Origin: Pachysolen tannophilus NRRL Y-2460
Taxonomy: Eukaryota
Assembly: GCA_001661245.1 (NCBI GenBank)
Contig: KV454011.1
Coordinates: forward strand, 1,080,724 to 1,144,723
DNA: 64,000 bases
Direction of reading: 5' to 3'
Shown here: piece after piece, positions 33,769 to 43,600 of the stretch
Numbering within the stretch: the stretch's first letter is position 1
Layout: the number at the start of each line of letters is the position of its first letter
Position numbers and translations under genes: made by a program
Notes under the pieces: model-generated
Databases searched by the model: none
What the model saw: only the letters and a program-made list of their open reading frames with translations
What the model was told of the DNA's origin: nothing

Positions 33769-34112
33769 TTGAACCTTGTGAAAACAAAAAAAAGAATACG
33801 AATCTTTTGTTTTTTTTTCTTCCTGTATTGATTGTACTGATATAGAGACAAGTAAAGAATTTTTTTGATTCTAATGCAAGGAAGCTAAAGTGTTGGTCCT
33901 GTGTAGTTTATATAGAAATTGGTGGGATCTACCTTTATCTGACGGGCCTTAAATTGAAAAAGTTGTGGTGGTTCCTAATAATTATAACTACTTGTTAATT
34001 ATACTTGAATCGCGTTTTTTTTGACTAAAGAGAACGTAACAAGTAAAAAAGTAAAAAAAAACACCAGGCCAAACACCAATATTTTACATAGTGAAAATTT
34101 ATTAGAATCACC

Positions 34113-34143
<31 letters not shown>

Positions 34144-34677
34144 AATTGATGATATATATGTTGTTCCAAATCTGCTTTTTGTTCTTTTCTTGGGTTAGAT
34201 TGATTCTTGAATAGATACTTTTTTTTTTTAAGAAAAAAAAAAAAACACTTTAGAAACTGCTCTAATACACAAGGAAATATATCCCCTCCAGGTAAAGAGA
34301 GAGAAAAAGAAAATCGTCCTTTGTTTTCTATAAAAAAACCTTGTTTCTTCATAGAAATCAATATCCACTCATTTAGCTATTTTCACTTCATATCACTTTC
34401 GTTTATTGTTCATATTGTTAATAGATTTCATTTCTTCAATTCAGTTTTAATTTTACTTATTATTATTTTTTTTTTTATCTATATATATATACATATATCA
34501 TTGTTGTTTTAAATTTTTGGATATATCATATCAAATTACGGGAAGGTGCTCTTGTCAATAACTAAATCATAATAATTTTTACACTCGTTATATAAAAAGG
34601 TTGATTTTTAAGTGCTAATAATATACAACAATTTTTTATTCAAATATTTTCATCATCATTTCATACTAAGATATACT

Positions 34678-36729
34678 ATGCACGGTTCTCAAACCAATAA
34701 CCTGCCTAGTTCAGCAAGGACGGCAATTGAATCACCATCTTCACAATCATCACAGAAAAGTCATAATCGTCATCGTAATCAAAATAATAATTTTGAACAA
34801 CAAAAATTGGGAGGACCTAAAAATCCAAAGCCAAGACCATATCCATTCATGTTAGAAGCATTGGAAACAAGAACTAATAAATTATTAATACAAGAATATG
34901 AAAATGAAATAAATGGTTATTATCTTACTTTAGAAATTTCATCTGAAGTTAATCCAAAAATGATTGATTCACAACCAGAAATTCAATGGTATATGAGACC
35001 TTTTCTTCTTGATTTTATCATTGAAATGCATTCTTCTTTTAAATTGAAACCTCAAACATTATTCTTGTGCATAAACATAATAGATAGATATTGTGCAAAG
35101 AGAATTGTATTTAAACAACATTATCAATTAATAGGTTGTACAGCATTATGGTTAGCTGCAAAATATGAAGATAAAAAATCTAGAGTACCAACAATACGGG
35201 AATTGGCAATCATGTGTAGACATGTCTACGATGATAATATGTTTAAAGAAATGGAAATGCACATGTTATCCACATTGGATTGGTCATTGGGACATAATTC
35301 ATTAGAAGATTGTTTACAATTGGCAATAAAATCATGTAGTAATAATAATGAAAAATTTCAAGATGATTTACAACAACAACAACAAAAGAAAAGTCAATTG
35401 TTATCAAACCCATCTAATTTCCAAGAATTGCAATCAAATAACTCAATCAATAACGCAATTATAGCCGTTGGTCGTTACTTATGTGAATTATCACTTTTTG
35501 AAAGAAGTTTCTTATTATATCCTACTTCAATTGTTGCAATTACAGCACATTTGATAGCTTGTTCAATGCTTGGAGTATCTTGTGCTGCTGATAATTTATC
35601 TAGAATTTATGACCAATATTTTTTTGAAGAACGTGAAAAGCTGTATAAACAGGATAGACAAAAACGAGAATATCAAGGACAACAGCAAAGAGATTTTGAT
35701 AATAGAGATGATGGAGAGTTTTCATATGGTGATATTTGTTATGCTGATTATGAAGATGATGAAGAAATGTATGACGAAGATGGTGAAAATAAAAAACCAG
35801 AGTTGAAAATGCCATTTATAGGTGGATTTGAAGGTTCTGAAACTATATTACAAATTAAAAGATTGTCCTTATTATTTTTAAACGCAATTAATAACCCATC
35901 AGAAGTATTGATACATAAATATCAACAATTGGGTGTTATAACTGTTGTGAATAATTTTTTAAACAAACACTACACTTTCTTACAACAAACAATCCAATCA
36001 TTGAATTTCAAAAATTTAAATATTGATGAATTATCTACAGAAAATCAATTCAAACCACTGTTAGTACAGTTAACCGATCTCATATTGGGATTGAATACTA
36101 CATCTTCAAACTTAGGTCCAGCAGCAAGTTCACCTTCGACGGTAAATGTCCATCGCAATCTGCATCTCCAATTCATTCCTCCACATCATCCTCAATATAG
36201 TGCTGCAACAACCACTTCTATATCTTCACCACCACCTCCATTGACTCCATCATCCTCAACTTCCCTGAATTCGAATTACTCTTCGTCATCAATATTTTCG
36301 GATTTGAAAACTCCAAACTCCATTAATGGTAACAATCAAAGTACTATGTATTCTCTGCTGGTGGGTGGTACTATTCGTGGGGGTAATGCCAATTATTTAC
36401 CTTCTCAGCATCAACTTTACCATCAAAATTATCAGCCTCATCAACAACAAGTCTCCTCAATTATCGGTAGTGGAATTGCTCAAACAGATAATAATAATAG
36501 CACATCTACAATATTAGTGCCGAAAAAGAGCAAGCACATTATTTATCCAAACTCCTCTCCAGTCGCTAATACTGCTCCATCATCACCAAGCGAAGATGAC
36601 TATGAACCACAACAATGCCAAACCCGTCATCAAAAACCAATTGCAAACCATCAAAATTACTACACAGGTTATTCCAATAATCCTGCATCAAGCCCATTGG
36701 AACAGAATCCTCACAATATTGTTTACTGA
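34678..36729 (+). CDS. CLN3: G1 cyclin, Cln3-like, with PEST tail
   Basis: Cyclin box IDSQPEIQWYMRPFLLDF..IIDRYCAKRIVFKQHYQLIGCTALWLAAKYEDKKSRVP resembles Candida Cln3; S/P/T-rich C-terminus. First ATG at 34678; the track uses GTG 34612. Confidence 0.8.
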   Translation: MHGSQTNNLPSSARTAIESPSSQSSQKSHNRHRNQNNNFEQQKLGGPKNPKPRPYPFMLEALETRTNKLLIQEYENEINGYYLTLEISSEVNPKMIDSQPEIQWYMRPFLLDFIIEMHSSFKLKPQTLFLCINIIDRYCAKRIVFKQHYQLIGCTALWLAAKYEDKKSRVPTIRELAIMCRHVYDDNMFKEMEMHMLSTLDWSLGHNSLEDCLQLAIKSCSNNNEKFQDDLQQQQQKKSQLLSNPSNFQELQSNNSINNAIIAVGRYLCELSLFERSFLLYPTSIVAITAHLIACSMLGVSCAADNLSRIYDQYFFEEREKLYKQDRQKREYQGQQQRDFDNRDDGEFSYGDICYADYEDDEEMYDEDGENKKPELKMPFIGGFEGSETILQIKRLSLLFLNAINNPSEVLIHKYQQLGVITVVNNFLNKHYTFLQQTIQSLNFKNLNIDELSTENQFKPLLVQLTDLILGLNTTSSNLGPAASSPSTVNVHRNLHLQFIPPHHPQYSAATTTSISSPPPPLTPSSSTSLNSNYSSSSIFSDLKTPNSINGNNQSTMYSLLVGGTIRGGNANYLPSQHQLYHQNYQPHQQQVSSIIGSGIAQTDNNNSTSTILVPKKSKHIIYPNSSPVANTAPSSPSEDDYEPQQCQTRHQKPIANHQNYYTGYSNNPASSPLEQNPHNIVY

Positions 36730-37379
36730 AATTTATTACAGCTATACAACAGTATTTTTGTCTTTCTGTATTTTGAATAACGTCACAAAAAATTCATTCC
36801 CATCAAAACAAGTATGCAAAAGAGAAAAAAATTATCAGAAATTCTTTTAAAGAAAGCAGAAATATATTTTAATTTAATAGAGAAAAAGTCTTATTGGTAT
36901 TCATTAGCATTGCGCTTTCTTTGTTTTTATTTGTTTATATTCGCAGGATTTTGAAACATTCAATATAAGTTTTGGCTGTGGTATATTATTGCTTTTAAGT
37001 CTATAATTTCTTCCTTTTTTTGCTCGCTTTTATTTATTAACTAACTTGTTGTATACAATTCGCATAATGTCGTTTTCTTAATTGTCATTCATTTTTTTAC
37101 TGGTTTATTTCCTATTAGCTAGTATCTTATTTGCTTATTTAAAATTTAATGTAATTTTTATGAGTTGAAATAATCTACAGTACAGTAAAACAATCTAAAG
37201 ATAGCATTAAAACATAGAATTTTTGTAAAACTAAGAATAGCTGAATTGAAAGAAAAAACCTCAACATTAGCAAAAAATACATAAGAACTCCCCCTGCAAG
37301 ATAAAAGCAAAAAGCAAAAAAAGAAAAACCAAGTATATTATTATAAACGGCAAAATGCAAAATTGGTTTAAAGCATGAA

Positions 37380-40235
37380 TCAAGATTCTAGCGTATGCAA
37401 GACAACAGATTCATCGTCTGTAGAGATCCCATTATCAGCATTGGAATTAGAGTCTTCTTTATTCGAATCATCGTTATAGTTATTTTCATCTTTTGAATCA
37501 TCATTATCATCTTCGTCCTCAGCGCTTGCGCCTTTGAAATCCTTGTAATTCTTGAGATTCGGCGACTCGCCATCGTTCGAAGGTTCAGAGCTGACAAGAC
37601 TATGATTTCTGAAAGCATTGTTGTTCGTAAGCAGTTCTTCTGAATTATTATTATATTCAGAAGAATACACGAAATCGTTGGGGTCATAAAAAAAAGAGCC
37701 AGTGTTTGTGCCACTATGTGTACCAGAGAGAATATGACTGACACTAAATTTAATCTTCTTCTTCTTTCTTTTCAAAGAAGAATTAGAAAACTGTCTGAAT
37801 ACTTCAATATTTTCCATGGATCCAGCAGGAGAATATTGTTCATCCGGAGATGAAGGTAAGCTAGAACGTAAGTCATGCCATCTACCATTTTCGTCCTCGA
37901 TGTATTCAGTTTCAATGAATGTATCACGAGTGGCTATAACATAGACCATTAGAACAACTATGAACAAAGTATTAAAAATAGATAGCCTTTTCTGAAAAGT
38001 TAGCTCTGAAGTTAAATTTTTAATCTTCGTGGAAGAATCAGATAGTAATTCTTGATGTGCAAAACTCTGAGTTGCTAATAGTGTATTAGCTTCCTCCTGT
38101 AATGATTTATATAAGTTTGTCAATTGTTCAATTTGATGGTGAATCGAAGTGTTGAATGCACTGACTAGCAAATCAAATTTTGCAGTTTGACGCTTTTCCA
38201 ATTTTGTGAATGCGTTCGACAATAACTTACTTTGTTCTTCAATGTACAATAAAGATAACGTGGCATTGGACTCCAATAATGCCAATCTTTTGACAATGTT
38301 CTTGTATATAGATTCTTGTGTGGTAGGTTCTTGAATTGACGTTTCAATGGGGGAACTCGTTGTAGCGGACGATTCAGTTATATTTGTAGAATTTTCTTGA
38401 CAGTATTCATCATGGTATAGTTCCTCTAAGAATTGATCCATAACTAAATATGGCAATACAACAGAACACTCTTCATTTAAGGTGTTGATTCTTTCCACAT
38501 CGACAACATTTTCGTTCAATGCCAGTGTTATGGTACTGTTTTCGTCTGCTGTTCTAATCTTTTCATTAAATGTTTCTGTTTCAGTGCTTTTCAAATCATT
38601 AGTAGCAGCACTATTTGGCAGTTGTGGTGGAACAAAATTTTCAACTTCTAAATTTTCAGTAATTTTTTGAATTTCCTCTACTTCTTTTTCCTCCTCAAAT
38701 TTAAATTCCTCCATCATTGTTTTACCATGAACTCTTAGAACTGAAATAGGACAATAATATTCAGACCCATAATGTGATAAAACTTCTAGCCTAAGATAAC
38801 GCGCCCAAATTAAAGGATTTTTGATAGAGAAAGTTTGTAGACTTCGAACATTCTCAGCTTCAAATTCACCTAAAATTTTCCATCCATTCAGTGGAGTTGG
38901 AAACCTATCTGTGACTGATAATCTTATCTTTTTAAAAGTAGAAGAAAAAAATTCATAATTTCCAACCAAAACGGTATCCACCAAGATATCCTGACAAAGT
39001 TCAATCACAACAAACTTATTTGGAGCAGAACATTCATTCAATAAATAAGAATCTTTATTTTCAATCAATATGGATGATGCACCTTTAGCTTCAGAATTAG
39101 TCTTCACTATAGTGGCAGCACAATCAAATGAGGCATAATTAAATCTATCTTTATAAACTTTACCTCCAGCTTCTTCTGTCTTCATATCAGGAGCAAACAT
39201 TCCAATATCTATCTCCATATCTTCACCGATAGCACCATTTAAATTCGAGTTGATAGTCTTTTGAGAAAATTTATGATTTTCGTGCGATTTCAATTTTCGT
39301 TCTCTTTGATGATCTTCTCCCACTTTTTGCTTTTTCCATTCTTCAAACGACATAAAATGTGTATCTGTATCTTCTTCAATATCTGACATATTGCCTTGGT
39401 AATTATCTGAATTAAGTATAGTTCTATTTATTGATGTATTTAAGTCGACTGAGGTAGTAGTATTGAAATCTGATTTTGTAATATTTCCACTGCGGTTTGT
39501 GATGTCTCTGCGTAACGCAGTAGAATTGTTATTATCGACCGGAGATTGTGATTCAGTTGTGGACTCACTGCTGGTTGTATCACTAATGCTCATTAGCACA
39601 GGGCAAGAATCCAGAATCAGAGTCGGGGAACTAGCAGTAATAAATACATTTTCTTGTGGAACTGATAAGATTTTTGATGTAAGAGTTGACTGCGTAGAAT
39701 TTGAAGGTGGTGTTATTGTTTCATTTGAATTCTGGGGTATTGATGAGATGCTCCCACTTACGTGAGAAATGCTTGAAAAATTTGAATCTGCTGCTGAAAT
39801 TGACGAATAATTTGTATGAATTCCAGTTGTCCTGGGCCCACTAGTCATTGAGATACAAGTTGTTAGGTAGCTGTCACAGCTAAATATCAGCTCAGTCATA
39901 CCGTTTATTGAGGAAATGGAACAAACACCACTATTAATTGAATCATTTTTACTTCTCTGTGTCAGACTAACTATATCTATTTCCGATGAATTTGTCAATG
40001 ACTGTAGGCTGTTTCCGCCTTTAGTGGTGGTGCCACCACTATCTCCATTACCACTATACCCTGAATTTCGCACAGATAAAGGCAAACTTGAATATGTTTC
40101 CACAGAAATGGATGAAGATTGTATGTTTACCGTTACCGGATGACCTATGCTGTATTGCTGAGTAACTGGATCTGATAAAGCTTGCCGAAGAAAAAACAAC
40201 GTTATCGGTATTATCGAAAGTGATATTGTTTTCAT
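37380..40235 (-). CDS. SLP1: Mid-SUN domain ER membrane protein Slp1
   Basis: Signal peptide, FMSFEEWK, RFNYASFDCAAT, ELCQDILVD, HYGSEYYCPISVLRVHGKTMMEE, QESIYKNIVKRLALLESNATLS and a C-terminal TM helix. Confidence 0.9.
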   Translation of the reverse strand: MKTISLSIIPITLFFLRQALSDPVTQQYSIGHPVTVNIQSSSISVETYSSLPLSVRNSGYSGNGDSGGTTTKGGNSLQSLTNSSEIDIVSLTQRSKNDSINSGVCSISSINGMTELIFSCDSYLTTCISMTSGPRTTGIHTNYSSISAADSNFSSISHVSGSISSIPQNSNETITPPSNSTQSTLTSKILSVPQENVFITASSPTLILDSCPVLMSISDTTSSESTTESQSPVDNNNSTALRRDITNRSGNITKSDFNTTTSVDLNTSINRTILNSDNYQGNMSDIEEDTDTHFMSFEEWKKQKVGEDHQRERKLKSHENHKFSQKTINSNLNGAIGEDMEIDIGMFAPDMKTEEAGGKVYKDRFNYASFDCAATIVKTNSEAKGASSILIENKDSYLLNECSAPNKFVVIELCQDILVDTVLVGNYEFFSSTFKKIRLSVTDRFPTPLNGWKILGEFEAENVRSLQTFSIKNPLIWARYLRLEVLSHYGSEYYCPISVLRVHGKTMMEEFKFEEEKEVEEIQKITENLEVENFVPPQLPNSAATNDLKSTETETFNEKIRTADENSTITLALNENVVDVERINTLNEECSVVLPYLVMDQFLEELYHDEYCQENSTNITESSATTSSPIETSIQEPTTQESIYKNIVKRLALLESNATLSLLYIEEQSKLLSNAFTKLEKRQTAKFDLLVSAFNTSIHHQIEQLTNLYKSLQEEANTLLATQSFAHQELLSDSSTKIKNLTSELTFQKRLSIFNTLFIVVLMVYVIATRDTFIETEYIEDENGRWHDLRSSLPSSPDEQYSPAGSMENIEVFRQFSNSSLKRKKKKIKFSVSHILSGTHSGTNTGSFFYDPNDFVYSSEYNNNSEELLTNNNAFRNHSLVSSEPSNDGESPNLKNYKDFKGASAEDEDDNDDSKDENNYNDDSNKEDSNSNADNGISTDDESVVLHTLES

Positions 40236-40608
40236 ACTAGCAAGATCGCCTATCTAAAAAAAAAGTTTCTCTAGTTAACTAAAATGATACACTTGATCGA
40301 CTAGAAATCTAATAATAATACAAACACAATCAATCTTTTAAAACTCCCACTAGCAATAATCAATATCTCAGCTCCTATAATAAGATCTATACATAACACA
40401 CTAATCCAGAGTTTAGTTGAAGTTAAGATTTTATTTCTTGTTGTTTGGATTTTGTTAGTTTTTTTTTTTTTTTTTTTTTTCATTTCATTTTGTTTTTTTT
40501 CTTTAACATAATCAGCTACAGTTAAAACCAGCAGGAATTACACAAAATTTTAAATACAATTAATAATAGTACATAGAACAAGAGAAAAGTAAAGTATATA
40601 AACGAAGA

Positions 40609-43600
40609 CTATGGTTTTCTGTTACCTAGATTTATCTTCAATTTCAATGTTTTGTTTTGTTGTTGTTGTTGTTGCTGTTGCTGTTGTTGAGCTGGTAGTG
40701 GTGGTGAGGGAAGTGGTGGTGGAAGTGAAGGAGAAACTCCTGAAGACGATTCTTCCTTTTTATTATTGTCTGTGTCTTTGATGTCTTCCGTTTCATTTGA
40801 AGCACCAACTGTAGTCAATGGGGAAGGCGATTTTTTGTGTCTTTCTTTTGTAGTAGGATCTGAAGATGGAGGTAGTAGGAGATGAGAAGAAGGGGAAGGA
40901 ACAGGATCAGTATTATTAAGTGGACTGATTTCACCATCTTCGGTTTTTTTGTCATTTAGAATTTCGGGTAATAATTTTGGATTTGTAGAAGCTTGAATCC
41001 CATTCAGCAAATTCTTAGATGGCAGCTCAGTTTTTGAAGACTTTTTCAAAGTTTGATCAGATTTTTTAGTCTTAATTTTGATTTGAATTGATGGTTTAGT
41101 TGAAGACATTTTTCTATCAACAGTAACCAAGGAACTGCTGTCGGAGGAATTTTTGCTTTTTAATTGCACAGGTTCGGATATTTCCTGGAATTGGTCACTC
41201 GATAGTATTAGCTTCTTGTGGTTACTATTATTGATGATTCTAACATAACGCAATGGGGCATTTTTTGATGATCTTATAATTTCGCTATTAATGATTTTCG
41301 GAAGTTTTGAATTCCATTCTTTTAATCTAGTCAAAGATGATTGCTTTTGAAATTTCAATACTACATTTGAGTTCATGTTGAGCTTTGACTTACCCTTAGC
41401 TTTAGAAGTGACTGGAGGAACTGATGGAGTCAGTGATGGAGTCAGTGAAGGGGCCTTTGACGTAGCAGTTCCTGTATTTGGTGTTTTAATCTTCAAGTTT
41501 ACTGGCGGTAAAACAGGTGCTGCGGAAGCACGAGCTTTCAAATCTAACTTGAGTTTTGGGATTGACTGAGTGGTTGGAACTTCTTCTTTAACAGAAGAGT
41601 TTTTTCGAGAATGAGAAGGAATTTTGATACTGATTGCTTGTTTCTTTTCTTTCTTAACATTTGAATCGTTAATTATGAGTTTTGGGACTTGAATCTTCAA
41701 TCTGCTCTGCCTTTTCAAAATAATTTCAAATACTTTCTTTTGAGAAGGAACCTTACCTTCTTCTTCGTTAATGTTGTTGTGACTGTTGTTATCGTCATTC
41801 AACACAGATTCATCTTCTATATTAACTTTTCCTATTTTAGCCACTATTTTTCTATCGCTTGGAATCGATTCCAAAGTGATGGTAAATGAATCTTTTGGAA
41901 CATACAATATATCACAAATATCAAACAAATTTCTCTTTGAGTGTATATCAATCAAACAAGAATGTAATGAATCCCAAATTTGTTTCCTTAAAGTTGTCCC
42001 AAAAGAATAATCTCTACGTAATATCTCAATGGCACCAGATATTGTTGCTCTGGCAAAAGCATCCCTCCTTGAATTTAATTCATTTTTGTTTGAACCATCT
42101 TCTATAAAAATAACACCAGACCCTTGTTTACCATTTGCATTACCATTACCATTATTTGTACGACGAATATCTTGAGTACCACCATTACCTTCTGTAGTAT
42201 TATTATCTACTTCTTGTTGATGGTAAACTTGCTCAAATTCTTCATCGTCTAAAACAGAAGGTGTTCCATGAATTGCAGCAACACTAATAACTTTAGCTAA
42301 TATGTTAAACAATCCAGACTTGATGCGAGGACTTTTATCAAGTTTAGCAACTGTGAAGAAATAATTTAAAATAGGTGTGTTTTTCAATCCACCCAATATC
42401 AACAAACCTTCAAAAGCCAATAGCCTGATATCTGCACCTAGAGCTGGATTTGTATATGCGATTAATTCTTTATGAGATAATTTACAAAGACCTAACCTAG
42501 CTAACTTGATTTTTTCTTTTAAGATCGCTAAGGTGATGATATTATGATATGAAGGTAAATACTTGTCCAATTTCAAAATCCTGCTTATTTCATCATTTGC
42601 TTCTTGCAAAAAATTCACAACTTCTTTATCACCTGTTTCTCTATCAATTAAAAAACCTCCAGAATTCTGAATAGCCGTGAATAAAGACTGAATAATAATA
42701 GCAATATAAAAACAATCTTCAAACTGATTGTTCAAGTTGTCGTTATATTTCAATAGATTCAATAAAATTTTTCGGATCTCAATTGGACTTTCACCGTTGC
42801 TTAGTTTAATTGAACTTAACGCCTTCGGTATTATTTTTAACACAAAAAATTTTGTAAAATTAGAGAAATCATTAGGTAATGGAATATAATTTGCTGCGCT
42901 TATAGGAGACAAGATATTGTATTCACTTTTGAAACAATACAATTCATGAAAAGCCTTCAATAAGTGCTTCATTCCAATAAAACCAACCTCTTCTTTTGCA
43001 AATTTGGCAAGACCCATTGCCGCTTCTAATCTAACACCATAAAAATATCTTTCATCCATCAATGTCCTTACCAATATACTTGAATATAAAGAAGAAGGCT
43101 TGATAGCATTACTAAAAAATCTAACACTATCAATTTGTGCCTCAACATCTCTATCCTGTTGTAATTGGGATTGAAACATGTAGTCTGACTGATTCATATG
43201 GATCTTACAAATCCATTCAAAATCTGCATCTATTCTGACCCATTCAAAAGCTTCATTTGCTTGATTTTCTTCATCTTCTTTAGTCCATTCTTGTAAGTTC
43301 CACTCTGTAATTTCTTCTGGAGATATTAAGACATCACCAAGGCGATTAACTTTTTCTTCAGTTTCTTGAACTTGTAACTGCTGTCTTTGATGTGTTATCA
43401 TTTCCTCCTCCTCATCATCAAAATTATTAGCATCATCTTGCAGTTTCCGTTTGCCTCTTCTAAATCTTCTATATTTTGTATTATATTGAATGTCCAATTT
43501 GGTAAAACCTTCTTTCAAGTCAACAATATGTTCATAAGGTGTACCATCTGCTTCATGGATTCTAATAGTCATTGGGCCTTGAAAAACAGCTGGAACATTA

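Noticed and set aside
33999..34512. Intergenic ORFs of 100-120 aa rich in Phe, Lys and Ile (similar ones at 32039 and 60751)
   Set aside because: Products of poly-A/T and (TA)n tracts, mostly with non-ATG starts and no coding signature.
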